Assembly (NCBI GenBank): GCA_026932425.1
Contig: JAIXKN010000081.1
Coordinates: forward strand, 9,781-73,780
Origin: Burkholderiales bacterium
GTDB taxonomy: Bacteria > Pseudomonadota > Gammaproteobacteria > Burkholderiales > Burkholderiaceae_C
DNA: 64,000 nucleotides
Direction: 5' to 3'
Below, one piece after another: positions 44,649 through 54,813 of the stretch. Positions within the stretch are counted from its first letter, which is position 1. Each line of letters starts with the position of its first letter. The notes beneath the pieces are model-generated. The model searched no databases. It saw only the letters and a program-made list of their open reading frames with translations, and was not told the DNA's origin. A program made the translations under genes and the position numbers.

Positions 44649-46019
44649 ATGCTGATCACCGTCCTGTCCTTCCTGGTGACGCTGGGCGTGCTCGTGGTCG
44701 TGCACGAGTGGGGGCATTACCGCGTCGCGGTGGCCTGCGGCGTCAAGGTGCTGCGTTTCTCGGTGGGCTTCGGGCGCGTGCTCTGGCGCCATCAGCGCGA
44801 CCGTGAGGCGACCGAGTTCGTCATCTGCGCGCTGCCGCTCGGCGGCTACGTGCGCATGCTCGATGAGCGCGAAGGCCATGTGCAGCCCTACGAGCTCGAC
44901 CGTGCCTTCAACCGCAAGCCGCTGCCGGCGCGCGCGGCGATCGTCTCGGCCGGCCCGCTGGCCAATCTGGCGCTGGCGGTGCTGCTGTACGCCGCCGCGC
45001 ACATGCTCGGCATCGTCGAGCCCAAGGCGGTGCTCTCGGCGCCGCCGCCGGCCAGCCTGATGGCCGCTGCCGGGCTCGACGGCGGCGACTGGGTGCGCTC
45101 CTGGTCCCGGGACGGCCAGGAATGGCAGGACGTGCAGTCGATGACCGACCTGCGCTGGCAGATCACGCAGGCGGCGCTGGCCGGCGAGGACCTGCAACTG
45201 ATGGTCAGCGATCGCGACGGTCGCGGCAACCGAAACGTGCAGCTGCCGCTGTCGAAGCTCGGCGTGCACGACTTGGACGCGCAGGCGCTCAAGGCCATCG
45301 GCCTGACGCCGGCGTTCAGCGAGCCCGTGCTCGGCGAGATCAAGCCCGGAGGCCCCGCGGCCGCCGCCGGCCTGCGCCGCGGCGACCGCGTGCTCTCGAT
45401 CGACGGCCGCGACCTGCGCGACGCCTATTCGGTGCGCGAAGCGATCATGCAGGGGGTTCGGGATGGCAGGGCGCGGGAGCAGCACTGGCGCCTCGAGCGC
45501 GACGGACAGGTGCTCGAGCTGCCGGTGCGCCCGCGCGTGCACGAGGACGGGGAGCGGCAGATCGGCCGCATCGACGCCTACGTCGGCGGCCCGGCGGAAG
45601 TCGTGACCGTGCGCCAGGGGCCCGTGGACGCGCTTGTGCTCGGCGCGCGGCGGACCTGGGAGGTCTCGGCGCTGACGCTGCGCATGCTCGGGCGGATGGT
45701 GGTCGCGCAGGCCTCGCTGCGCAACCTGAGCGGCCCGCTGACCATCGCCGACGTCGCCGGCCAGTCGGTGCAGCAGGGCCTGGCCTACTACCTCTCGTTC
45801 CTCGCGCTGGTGAGCGTGAGCCTGGGGGTGCTCAATCTGCTGCCGCTGCCGATGCTCGACGGCGGGCACCTCATGTACTATGCGTTCGAAGCCGTGACCG
45901 GGAGGCCGGTCTCAGAGCTGTGGCTCGCGCGTCTGCAGCGGGGCGGCATCGCGCTGCTGCTGATGATGATGTCCGTGGCCTTGTACAACGACCTGGCCCG
46001 GCTGCTGGGCCTGCACTGA
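44649..46019 (+). CDS. rseP: RIP metalloprotease RseP
   Basis: HEWGH, PLGGYV, PDZ domains and NLLPLPMLDGG. Confidence 0.96.
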   Translation: MLITVLSFLVTLGVLVVVHEWGHYRVAVACGVKVLRFSVGFGRVLWRHQRDREATEFVICALPLGGYVRMLDEREGHVQPYELDRAFNRKPLPARAAIVSAGPLANLALAVLLYAAAHMLGIVEPKAVLSAPPPASLMAAAGLDGGDWVRSWSRDGQEWQDVQSMTDLRWQITQAALAGEDLQLMVSDRDGRGNRNVQLPLSKLGVHDLDAQALKAIGLTPAFSEPVLGEIKPGGPAAAAGLRRGDRVLSIDGRDLRDAYSVREAIMQGVRDGRAREQHWRLERDGQVLELPVRPRVHEDGERQIGRIDAYVGGPAEVVTVRQGPVDALVLGARRTWEVSALTLRMLGRMVVAQASLRNLSGPLTIADVAGQSVQQGLAYYLSFLALVSVSLGVLNLLPLPMLDGGHLMYYAFEAVTGRPVSELWLARLQRGGIALLLMMMSVALYNDLARLLGLH

Positions 46020-46032
46020 CCCGCTCCTCCTC

Positions 46033-48339
46033 ATGTTCCCCGTTTCCCCGATCGTTGCGCCGCGCGCGGCGTCCGTCGTGATGGTGGCCGTGGCCGCGGC
46101 CCTGGCCGCACCCCAGGCGCGTGCCGTCGAGCCCTTCACCCTCAAGGACATCCGTGTCGAGGGCCTGCAGCGCACCGACCCGGGGACGGTCTTCGCGGCG
46201 CTCCCGTTCCGCATCGGTGACACCTACACCGACGAGAAGGGCGCGATCGCGCTGCGCTCGCTCTTCGCCACCGGCCTCTTCAAGGACGTGCGCATCGAGA
46301 TCGACGGCGACATCGCGGTGATCATCGTCGACGAACGCGCGGTCGTCGCGACGGTGAGCTTCGTCGGACTCAAGGAGTTCGACAAGGACGCGCTCCTCAA
46401 GTCGCTGAAGGACGCCGGGATCGGCGAGGGTCTGCCCTTCGACCGTGCGCTCGTCGACCGCGCCGAGCAGGAGATCAAGCGCCAGTACCTCTCGCGCAGC
46501 CTCTACGGCGCGGAGGTCGTGACGACGGTGACGCCGATCGAGCGCAACCGCGTCAACCTCACCTTCACGATGAACGAGGGCGACGCCGCGCGCATCGGCG
46601 AGATCCGCATCGTCGGCGCCAAGGCATTCGGCGAGTCGACGCTGCTGGGCCTGTTCGATCTCACGACCAGCGGCTGGCTGACCTGGTACACGAAGAGCGA
46701 CCGCTACTCGCGCGCCAAGCTCAACGCCGACCTGGAGACGCTGCGCGCGTACTACCTCAACCGGGGCTACCTCGAGTTCGCGATCGAGTCGACGCAGGTC
46801 ACGATCTCGCCCGACAAGCAGCGCATCTCGATCACGATCTCGGTGCACGAGGGCCAGCCCTACACGGTGACCGCGATCCGCCTCGAAGGCGATTACCTGG
46901 GCAGGGAGGACGAGTTCAAGGCGCTCGTGCGGCTGCGTCCCGGCGAACCCTACCGGGGCGAGGCGGTGACCGAGACCGCCCGGGCCTTCGGCGATCGCTT
47001 CGGCGCCTACGGCTACGCCTTCGCCCGCGTCGAGCCGCACCCGGAGATCGACCGTGCGCGGGGGCTGGTTGCGGTGACGCTCACCGCCGAGCCGCAGCGC
47101 CGCGTCTACGTGCGCCGTATCGACGTCACGGGAAACACGCGCACGCGCGACGAGGTCGTCCGCCGCGAGTTCCGCCAGCTCGAATCGTCGTGGTACGACG
47201 GCAACCGCATCAAGCTCTCGCGCGACCGCGTCGACCGCCTCGGCTACTTCAACGAGGTCGCCGTCGACACGGCCGAAGTGTCTGGTGCACCCGATCAGGT
47301 CGACCTGACGGTGGCCGTGACCGAGAAGCCCACCGGCAACCTGCTGATCGGTGCCACCTACTCCAACGCCGAGAAGCTGGGGCTCTCGGCCTCGATCGTG
47401 CAGGACAACGTCTTCGGCTCGGGCAACTACCTGGGCGTGGAAGTCAACACCAGCCGCGTCTACCGCACGCTGGTCCTCAGCGCGATCGACCCGTACTTCA
47501 CGGTGGACGGGATCTCACGCGCGGTGGACGTGTACTACCGCACCATGCGCCCGTTCAATTCGCTGGGCGACGAGTACCAGATCAGCACGCCGGGAGCATC
47601 GGTGCGTTTCGGCATTCCGGTGAGCGACTTCGATACCGTCTACCTCGGCATCGGTGCCGAGAGCACGCGCATCGGTGCCTCCAGCGGCATCCCCAACAGC
47701 TACTTCCTTTACCGCGAGCAGTACGGGGCCAGCAGCTTCTCGGTGCCGCTGACGCTGGGATGGGCGCGCGACAGCCGCGACAGCGCGATCGCGCCCACCA
47801 CCGGGCGCTATCAGCGCGTGAACTTCGACTGGAGCTTCGCCGGTGACGTGCGCTACCTGCGGACCAATCTCCAGTTCCAGCAGTACTGGCCGCTGCCGGG
47901 CCGGATGTCGCTGGGCATGAACGCCGAGCTTGGCCTGGGCAAGGGCCTGGGCGGGCGTCCCTTCCCGATCTTCAAGAACTTCTACGGCGGTGGCCTGGGC
48001 AGCGTGCGCGTTTTCGAGCAGGGGTCCCTGGGCGTCGTCGACCCGACCGGCGCCTTCATCGGCGGCGCGCGCCGCTTCAACCTCAACACCGAGCTCTACT
48101 TCCCGGTGCCCGGCACCGGCAACGACAAGTCGCTGCGCATCTTCGCCTTTGCCGACACCGGCAACGTCTGGCGCGAGGACGAGCGCATGAGCGCGAGCAG
48201 CCTGCGCGCCTCGATGGGCCTGGGCCTGTCGTGGATCTCGCCGGTCGGGCCGCTCAAGCTCAGCTGGGGTCGGCCGGTGAAATCGCAGCCCAACGATAGA
48301 ATCCAGCGCTTTCAGTTCCAGATCGGGACCGCGTTCTGA
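46033..48339 (+). CDS. bamA: Outer membrane protein assembly factor BamA
   Basis: POTRA domains (DIRVEGLQR, GNTRTRDEV) and beta-barrel ending FQFQIGTAF. Confidence 0.97.
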   Translation: MFPVSPIVAPRAASVVMVAVAAALAAPQARAVEPFTLKDIRVEGLQRTDPGTVFAALPFRIGDTYTDEKGAIALRSLFATGLFKDVRIEIDGDIAVIIVDERAVVATVSFVGLKEFDKDALLKSLKDAGIGEGLPFDRALVDRAEQEIKRQYLSRSLYGAEVVTTVTPIERNRVNLTFTMNEGDAARIGEIRIVGAKAFGESTLLGLFDLTTSGWLTWYTKSDRYSRAKLNADLETLRAYYLNRGYLEFAIESTQVTISPDKQRISITISVHEGQPYTVTAIRLEGDYLGREDEFKALVRLRPGEPYRGEAVTETARAFGDRFGAYGYAFARVEPHPEIDRARGLVAVTLTAEPQRRVYVRRIDVTGNTRTRDEVVRREFRQLESSWYDGNRIKLSRDRVDRLGYFNEVAVDTAEVSGAPDQVDLTVAVTEKPTGNLLIGATYSNAEKLGLSASIVQDNVFGSGNYLGVEVNTSRVYRTLVLSAIDPYFTVDGISRAVDVYYRTMRPFNSLGDEYQISTPGASVRFGIPVSDFDTVYLGIGAESTRIGASSGIPNSYFLYREQYGASSFSVPLTLGWARDSRDSAIAPTTGRYQRVNFDWSFAGDVRYLRTNLQFQQYWPLPGRMSLGMNAELGLGKGLGGRPFPIFKNFYGGGLGSVRVFEQGSLGVVDPTGAFIGGARRFNLNTELYFPVPGTGNDKSLRIFAFADTGNVWREDERMSASSLRASMGLGLSWISPVGPLKLSWGRPVKSQPNDRIQRFQFQIGTAF

Positions 48340-48857
48340 TGATGAAGACGTCGATGTTCAAGGCGCTCGTGCTGACGATGGCGCTGGCCACGATCCCCGC
48401 CGCGGCGCAGGAGCTCAAGATCGGATACGTGAACAGCGAGCGCGTGCTGCGCGACTCCGCACCGGCCAAGGCCGCGCAGGCCAAACTCGAGGCCGAGTTC
48501 GGCAAGCGCGATCGCGATCTCAACGACCAGGCGCAGAAGCTCAAGGCCGCGGCCGAGAAGCTCGACAAGGACGCGCCGGCGCTGTCCGAGGCCGAGCGCA
48601 CGCGCCGCCAGCGCGAGCTCGTCGAGCAGGACCGCGACCTGCAGCGCCGACGCCGCGAGTTCCAGGAGGACCTGAACCAGCGTAAGAACGAGGAGCTGGC
48701 CAGCGTCGTCGAGCGTGCCAACCGCGTGATCAAGCAGATCTTCGACCAGGAGAAGTACGACCTCATCCTGCAGGAGGTCGTCTTCGCCGGCGCTCGTGTC
48801 GACATCACCGAGAAGGTGATCAAGGCGCTGAACGGCGCCGCCAACCCCGGCAAGTAA
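48339..48857 (+). CDS. skp: Periplasmic chaperone Skp/OmpH
   Basis: Signal peptide, KIGYVN, coiled coil and [10 protein letters not shown]. Confidence 0.93.
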   Translation: MMKTSMFKALVLTMALATIPAAAQELKIGYVNSERVLRDSAPAKAAQAKLEAEFGKRDRDLNDQAQKLKAAAEKLDKDAPALSEAERTRRQRELVEQDRDLQRRRREFQEDLNQRKNEELASVVERANRVIKQIFDQEKYDLILQEVVFAGARVDITEKVIKALNGAANPGK

Positions 48858-48881
48858 GGCGCGGGGGACAGGAGCTGCGCG

Positions 48882-49913
48882 GTGCCCCTCGTGCAGGCAC
48901 GGCTCGACGTACTCGCAGCGGCCCTCGGCGGAGAACTGCACGGAGACGGCTCCCGCATCGTCGAGGCGATCGCGCCGCTCGAGCGCGCCGGTCCGCGCGA
49001 GATCAGCTTTCTCGCGCAGCCGCGGCTGCTGCCGCAGCTGCAGCGCAGCGAGGCGGCCTGCGTCGTCGTGCGGCCGGAGCATCTGGAGCAGGCGCGCGAA
49101 CGCGGCGCGGCGATCGTCACCGACGATCCCTACCTCTATTTCGCACGCCTGACGCAGTGGTGGGCGGCGCGCACCCGCAGCCCGGCGGCGCCGGGCATCC
49201 ACGCAAGCGCGATCGTCGAGCCCGGCGCCCGCGTGCACCCCGAGGCCTCGGTCGGTGCGCAGGCCTACATCGGCGCCGGCGCGCGCCTTGCGCGCGGCGC
49301 GGTGGTGTCGGCCCAGGCTTACGTCGGCGAGGGCGCCGAGATCGGCGAGCAGACCCGGCTTGCGCCGCGCGTGGTGTTCGAGCGCGGCTGCCGCATCGGC
49401 GCGCGCGGCCTGGTGCAGGCCGGGGCGGTGATCGGCGGCGACGGCTTCGGCTTCGCGCCTTCGCAAGGGCAGTGGGTGAAGATCGAGCAGCTGGGTGCGG
49501 TTGCGATCGGCGACGAGGTCGAGATCGGCGCCAACACCTGCATCGACCGCGGCGCGCTCGAGGACACCGTGATCGAGGACGGCGTCAAGCTCGACAACCT
49601 GATCCAGATCGGCCACAACTGCCGCATCGGTGCGCACACGGCGATGGCCGGCTGTACCGGCGTGGCCGGCAGCACGCGCATCGGCCGGCACTGCACCGCC
49701 GGTGGCAGCGCGATGATCCTCGGCCACCTCGAGATCGCCGACCACGTGCACATCAGCGCGGCCACGGTGGTCTCACGCTCGATCCGCAAGCCCGGCCATT
49801 ACAGCGGCTTCTTCCCCATCGACGAAAATGCCGCCTGGGAGAAGAACGCCGCGACCCTCAGGCAGCTGCACGCGCTGCGCGAGCGCATCCGTGCGCTGGA
49901 GAAGAAGTCATGA
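48882..49913 (+). CDS. lpxD: UDP-3-O-acyl-glucosamine N-acyltransferase
   Basis: DPYLYFA, hexapeptide repeats, DGFGFA, IDRGAL and [11 protein letters not shown]. Confidence 0.97.
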   Translation: MPLVQARLDVLAAALGGELHGDGSRIVEAIAPLERAGPREISFLAQPRLLPQLQRSEAACVVVRPEHLEQARERGAAIVTDDPYLYFARLTQWWAARTRSPAAPGIHASAIVEPGARVHPEASVGAQAYIGAGARLARGAVVSAQAYVGEGAEIGEQTRLAPRVVFERGCRIGARGLVQAGAVIGGDGFGFAPSQGQWVKIEQLGAVAIGDEVEIGANTCIDRGALEDTVIEDGVKLDNLIQIGHNCRIGAHTAMAGCTGVAGSTRIGRHCTAGGSAMILGHLEIADHVHISAATVVSRSIRKPGHYSGFFPIDENAAWEKNAATLRQLHALRERIRALEKKS

Positions 49914-50359
49914 CCACCCCTGTGCTCGACATCCACAAGATCTTCAAGAAGCTGCCGCATCGCTACCCGATGCTTCTGGTCGACCGCGTCGTCGAGTTCG
50001 AGAAGGACAAGCGCTTGCTGGCGGTCAAGAACGTGACCATCAACGAGCCCTTCTTCGGCGGCCACTTCCCGGTGCGGCCGGTGATGCCCGGCGTGCTGAT
50101 CCTCGAGGCGCTGGCGCAGAGCGCGGCGCTGCTGTCCTTCGAGTCCGCGGGGCAGGACCTCGAGGAGAACATGGTCGTCTACTTCGTCGGCATCGACGGC
50201 GCGCGCTTCAAGCGCCCGGTCGAACCCGGCGACCAGCTGATGCTCGAGGCGGTGCTCGACCGCGCGCGTGCCGGCATGTACAAGTACAAGGTCCGCGCCT
50301 TCGTCGACGGCGAGGTCGCCGCCGAGGCCGAGATCATGTGCACGATGCGCCAGGTCTGA
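49910..50359 (+). CDS. fabZ: 3-hydroxyacyl-ACP dehydratase
   Basis: [13 protein letters not shown] and [18 protein letters not shown]. Confidence 0.97.
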   Translation: MTTPVLDIHKIFKKLPHRYPMLLVDRVVEFEKDKRLLAVKNVTINEPFFGGHFPVRPVMPGVLILEALAQSAALLSFESAGQDLEENMVVYFVGIDGARFKRPVEPGDQLMLEAVLDRARAGMYKYKVRAFVDGEVAAEAEIMCTMRQV

Positions 50360-50402
50360 AGGCCGGCACAGCGCGGGATCGGCCCAGACAGGTCGGGCGC
50401 CG

Positions 50403-51191
50403 ATGACAGGCATCCATCCGACGGCGATCGTCGACGCCCGCGCGGAACTGGACGAGGGGGTCGAGGTCGGCCCCTACGCGATCATCGGGCCGGATGTGCG
50501 CATCGGCGGCGGCACCCGCGTCGGCGCGCACTGCGTGATCGACGGACGAACGACGATCGGCCGCGACAACCGCATCTTCCCGTTCAACGCGCTGGGCGGC
50601 ATGCCGCAGGACATGTCGCACCGCGGCGAGCCGACCGAGCTGCGCATCGGCGACCGCAACACCATCCGCGAGTACTGCACCTTCAACACCGGCACCTTGA
50701 AGGAGGAGGGCGTCACGCGCGTCGGCTCCGACAACTGGATCATGGCCTACGTGCACGTCGCGCACGACGTGCGCATCGGCGACCGCACGGTGCTGGCCAA
50801 CGGCGTGACGCTGGCCGGACACGTGCACGTCGGCGACTGGGCGACGATCGGCGGGCTCACCGGCGTGCTGCAGTTCGTGCACATCGGCGCGCACGCGATG
50901 GTCGGCTTCCAGGCGCATGTGGCGATGGACGTGCCGCCTTACCTGACCGTCGACGGCCATCCGCTCGCGGTGCGCGCGGTGAATCTCGTCGGCCTCAAGC
51001 GTCGTGACTTCAGCGAAAGCCGCATCGCGCAGATCCGCCGCATGCACAAGCTGCTCTACCGCGACGGCCTCACGCTCGAGCAGGCGACCGCGGCGATCGC
51101 CGCGCTCGCCGGCAGCACGCCCGATGGCGATGCCGACGTGCAGGCCATGCTCGACTTCCTCGCCGCCTCGCGTCGCGGCATCGTGCGCTGA
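50403..51191 (+). CDS. lpxA: UDP-N-acetylglucosamine acyltransferase
   Basis: IHPTAIVD, hexapeptide repeats, MAYVHVAHD and LAGHV. Confidence 0.96.
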   Translation: MTGIHPTAIVDARAELDEGVEVGPYAIIGPDVRIGGGTRVGAHCVIDGRTTIGRDNRIFPFNALGGMPQDMSHRGEPTELRIGDRNTIREYCTFNTGTLKEEGVTRVGSDNWIMAYVHVAHDVRIGDRTVLANGVTLAGHVHVGDWATIGGLTGVLQFVHIGAHAMVGFQAHVAMDVPPYLTVDGHPLAVRAVNLVGLKRRDFSESRIAQIRRMHKLLYRDGLTLEQATAAIAALAGSTPDGDADVQAMLDFLAASRRGIVR

Positions 51192-51216
51192 GGGCGCCGG
51201 AATCGGCGCGGGAGCG

Positions 51217-52362
51217 GTGACCGACTCGGCATTGCGGCTGGCGATGGTCGCCGGCGAGGCCTCGGGCGACCTGCTCGCCGAGCAGTTGCTCGCAGGACTG
51301 CAGCAGCGCTGGCCTCAGCTGCAGGCTTTCGGCATCGGCGGGCCTCGGATGCGCGCGCGCGGCTTCGAGTCCTGGTGGCCGAGCGACGCGCTGGCGGTGC
51401 GCGGCTACGTCGAGGTGCTGCGCCACTACCGCGGCATCCGCCGCATCCGCCAGCAGCTCGGCGACCGGCTGCTGCGCCAGAGGCCGCACGTCTTCGTCGG
51501 CGTCGATGCGCCGGACTTCAATCTCGGGCTCGAGGTGCGGCTGCGCGCCGGTGGCATCCGCACCGTGCACTACGTGTGCCCGTCGATCTGGGCCTGGCGC
51601 GGGGGCAGGGTGAAGAAGCTCGCCGCGGCCTGCGACCACGTGCTGTGCCTCTTCCCGTTCGAGCCCGACCTGCTGCGCGCGCACGGGGTGGCGGCGACCT
51701 ACGTCGGCCATCCGCTGGCCGACGTGATCCCGATGGATTCGCCGCGCGAGACTGCACGGGCGGCGCTAGGTGTTCCCGCCGATGCGCCCTTGGTGGCGGT
51801 GCTGCCCGGCAGCCGCCGAAGCGAGGTCCAGTACAACGCCGCCGTCTTCCTGCAGGCCGCCGCGCAGATGCAGGCGCAGCGCCCGCAGCTGCGCTTCGTG
51901 CTGCCGGTGGCGCCGGGTCTGCGCGCGGCGGTCGATGCGCTCGTCGCGGAGCATGCCGCCGGACTCGGGGTGCAGGTCATCGACGGCCGCTCGCACGAGG
52001 CGCTGGCGGCCTGCGACGTGACGCTGATCGCCAGCGGCACGGCCACGCTCGAGGCCGCCCTCTATCGGCGCCCGATGGTGATCGGGTACCGCATGCACCC
52101 GCTGTCCTATCGGCTGATGAAGCGCATGGCCTACCAGCCCTGGGTCGGCCTGCCCAACATCCTCTGCCGCGACTTTGTCGTCCCGGAGCTGCTGCAGGAC
52201 GCGTGCACGCCGCAGGCGCTGGCCGCGGCGACGCTCGCCTGGCTCGACGAACCCGCACGCGCGGCGGCGGTCGCCGAGCGCTTTGCCGACCTGCACCAGC
52301 AACTGCGCCGCGACACCGCGCGCCTGGCCACCGATGCGATCGCGCAAGTCGTCTCGGCCTGA
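51217..52362 (+). CDS. lpxB: Lipid-A-disaccharide synthase
   Basis: [28 protein letters not shown] and SGTATLE. Confidence 0.97.
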   Translation: MTDSALRLAMVAGEASGDLLAEQLLAGLQQRWPQLQAFGIGGPRMRARGFESWWPSDALAVRGYVEVLRHYRGIRRIRQQLGDRLLRQRPHVFVGVDAPDFNLGLEVRLRAGGIRTVHYVCPSIWAWRGGRVKKLAAACDHVLCLFPFEPDLLRAHGVAATYVGHPLADVIPMDSPRETARAALGVPADAPLVAVLPGSRRSEVQYNAAVFLQAAAQMQAQRPQLRFVLPVAPGLRAAVDALVAEHAAGLGVQVIDGRSHEALAACDVTLIASGTATLEAALYRRPMVIGYRMHPLSYRLMKRMAYQPWVGLPNILCRDFVVPELLQDACTPQALAAATLAWLDEPARAAAVAERFADLHQQLRRDTARLATDAIAQVVSA

Positions 52363-52957
52363 GCAGCTCGATCTGCCCTGGAGCGGCGCCGGCCTCGTTG
52401 CCGGCGTCGACGAGGTCGGCCGCGGTCCGCTGGTGGGGCCCGTCGTCGCCGCGGCGGTGATCCTCGACGACGAGCGACCGATCGGCGGCCTGCGGGATTC
52501 GAAGGCGCTCTCGGCGCGGCGTCGCGAGGCCTTGCACGACGAGATCAGGGCGTACGCGCTGTGCGTCGCGATCGGCGAGGCCAGCGCCGAGGAGGTCGAT
52601 GCGCTGAACATCCTGCAGGCGACGATGCTCGCGATGCAGCGCGCGGTGCAGCGCCTGCGCCTGCCGCCCCGGTGCGTGCTGGTCGACGGCAACCGGCTGC
52701 CGCCGCTGCCGATGCCGGCGCAGGCGATCGTGAAGGGCGACGCGACCGTGCCCTGCATCGCCGCGGCCTCGATCGTCGCCAAGGTCCACCGCGATCGCTG
52801 GTGCGCCGAATTGCATGGCCGCTGGCCCGGTTACGGCTTCGATGCGCACAAGGGTTACCCGACGCCGGCGCACCTGCAGGCACTGCGTGAGCATGGCCCC
52901 TGCCCGGAGCACCGCCGCAGCTTCGCGCCGGTGCAACGGGCGCTGGCGCAGCGGTGA
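52334..52957 (+). CDS. rnhB: Ribonuclease HII
   Basis: [28 protein letters not shown] and HKGYPT; overlaps lpxB by 29 nt. Confidence 0.96.
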   Translation: MRSRKSSRPEQLDLPWSGAGLVAGVDEVGRGPLVGPVVAAAVILDDERPIGGLRDSKALSARRREALHDEIRAYALCVAIGEASAEEVDALNILQATMLAMQRAVQRLRLPPRCVLVDGNRLPPLPMPAQAIVKGDATVPCIAAASIVAKVHRDRWCAELHGRWPGYGFDAHKGYPTPAHLQALREHGPCPEHRRSFAPVQRALAQR

Positions 52958-52961
52958 GGGC

Positions 52962-53747
52962 ATGGTGCGCGAGCAGCGCCTGAGTTCACGCGCGAACCCG
53001 CTGCTGGTGGCGCTGCGCCGGCTCTCGCGCGATCCGGCGGCGTATCGCCGCAGCGGCCAGGTATGGCTGGAAGGCGAGCATCTGTGCCAGGCGGCCGCGG
53101 GGCGCGTACTGCCGGTCCCGCAGGCGCTGATCAGCGAAAGCGGCCACACCGACGGGCTGCTACGAGCCCTGGCTGCTCATGCGTCGCGCATCGCGATCGT
53201 CCCCGATCCCTTGTTCGCCGAGCTGAGCGCGCTCGAATCGCCGGGCAGGATCGGCTTCGTCCTGCCCCTGCCTGCGGCGGCTTCGCCCGATGCCCGGCTC
53301 CATACCGTCGTGCTGGACCGGCTGCAGGACGCGGGCAACGTCGGCAGCATCCTGCGCAGCGCGGCGGCGCTGGGTGTGGCGCAGGTGCTGGCGCTCAAGG
53401 GAACAGCGGCGCTGTGGTCGCCCAAGGTGCTGCGGGCCGGCATGGGCGCGCACTTCGCGCTGCGACTCGTCGAGGGCCTGAGCGAGGACGGACTGCTCGC
53501 GCTGCAGCTGCCGCTCGTCGGCACGAGCCCTCACACCGACACGCTGCTGCCGGATGCGGCGCTCCCTCGACCTGCCGCCTGGCTGCTCGGGCACGAGGGG
53601 CAGGGCGCGTCGCCACGCCTGCTGGCGGCGTGCACGGCAACGGTGCGCATCCCGCAACCTGGCGGCCAGGAGTCGCTCAACGTCGCCGCGGCCGCGGCGA
53701 TCTGCTTCTACGAAGCGCTGCGGCGCCAGGCGCGGCAGCAGCGCTGA
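52962..53747 (+). CDS. TrmH/SpoU family RNA methyltransferase
   Basis: QDAGNVGSILRSA, GHEGQG and ESLNVAAA SPOUT motifs. Confidence 0.92.
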   Translation: MVREQRLSSRANPLLVALRRLSRDPAAYRRSGQVWLEGEHLCQAAAGRVLPVPQALISESGHTDGLLRALAAHASRIAIVPDPLFAELSALESPGRIGFVLPLPAAASPDARLHTVVLDRLQDAGNVGSILRSAAALGVAQVLALKGTAALWSPKVLRAGMGAHFALRLVEGLSEDGLLALQLPLVGTSPHTDTLLPDAALPRPAAWLLGHEGQGASPRLLAACTATVRIPQPGGQESLNVAAAAAICFYEALRRQARQQR

Positions 53748-53775
53748 TCCGTTGCGGGCGGCGCGGCCCGCTCGT

Positions 53776-54600
53776 TCAGTAGATCAGCCGATCGGGGCGC
53801 AGGTCGCGCAGGATCGTCGTCGCGATCTCCTCGATCGACTTGTGCGTCGACGACAGCCAGCTGATCTTCTCGCGCTGCATCATCTCCTCGGCTGCGTTGA
53901 CCTCGTAACGGCAGTTCTCGAGCGCCGCGTAACGGCTGCCGGGCCGCCGCTCGTTGCGGATCTGCGCCAGACGCCCGGGGTCGATGCTCAGGCCGAAGCA
54001 CTTGTGCTTGTGCGGCACCAGCATCGAGGGCAGCTTGCCGCGCTCGAAGTCGTCGGGAGTGAGCGGGTAGTTCGCCGCCTTGATCCCGTGCTGCATCGCG
54101 AGATAGAGCGAGGTCGGCGTCTTGCCGCTGCGACTGACGCCGATCAGGATCACGTCGGCCATGTCGAGATGCCGGACCGATTGCCCGTCGTCGTGCGCGA
54201 GGCTGAAGTTGATCGCCTCGATGCGGTCCTGGTATTCGGCGCTCTGGCTCGCATCGCCGAAGCGGCCGATGCGATGGCTGCTCTTGATCCCGAACTCCTG
54301 CTCGAGCGGCCCGACGAAGCCGCGCAGCATGTCCAGCACCAGTCCCTTGCTGCGTGCGTTGACGATGGCCTCGCGCACCTCGTCGTTGACCAGGGTGACG
54401 AAGACGATCGGACGCCGGCCCTCGCGCTCGGCGACCTCGTCGATCTCGTGTGCCACGAGCGTGGCCTTCTCGATGCTGTCGATGAACGGTCGCCGCACGT
54501 GCCGCGGCTGCATCGGGAACTGGGCCAGGATCGAATTGCCGAAGGTCTCGGCGGTGATGCCGGTGCCGTCCGAGACGAAGAATACGGTACGTTCTGGCAT
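53776..54600 (-). CDS. ppsR: PEP synthase regulatory protein (kinase/pyrophosphorylase, DUF299)
   Basis: SDGTGITAE, HDDG, GVSRSGKTPTSLYLA and SIEEIAT; divergent from ppsA. Confidence 0.95.
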   Translation of the reverse strand: MPERTVFFVSDGTGITAETFGNSILAQFPMQPRHVRRPFIDSIEKATLVAHEIDEVAEREGRRPIVFVTLVNDEVREAIVNARSKGLVLDMLRGFVGPLEQEFGIKSSHRIGRFGDASQSAEYQDRIEAINFSLAHDDGQSVRHLDMADVILIGVSRSGKTPTSLYLAMQHGIKAANYPLTPDDFERGKLPSMLVPHKHKCFGLSIDPGRLAQIRNERRPGSRYAALENCRYEVNAAEEMMQREKISWLSSTHKSIEEIATTILRDLRPDRLIY

Positions 54601-54813
54601 GAAGCTCCCGTTCGAGCGCGCCGGGGCCGGCGGGCAGGGTCATGATAAGGAAGATGTCCCTAGAATCCCTGCCAGACTTTTCCGCTTTTGGCCCGTTCGT
54701 GGCCCGTCGCGCTTGAATCCCCGAGGCCCCCGATCCAGAACGACAAGCGCCTGCTTGCGGGATGGCTGCGCGCACGCGGAAGCACCGGTTTCTTCACGTC
54801 TCGGAGCTTTCCC

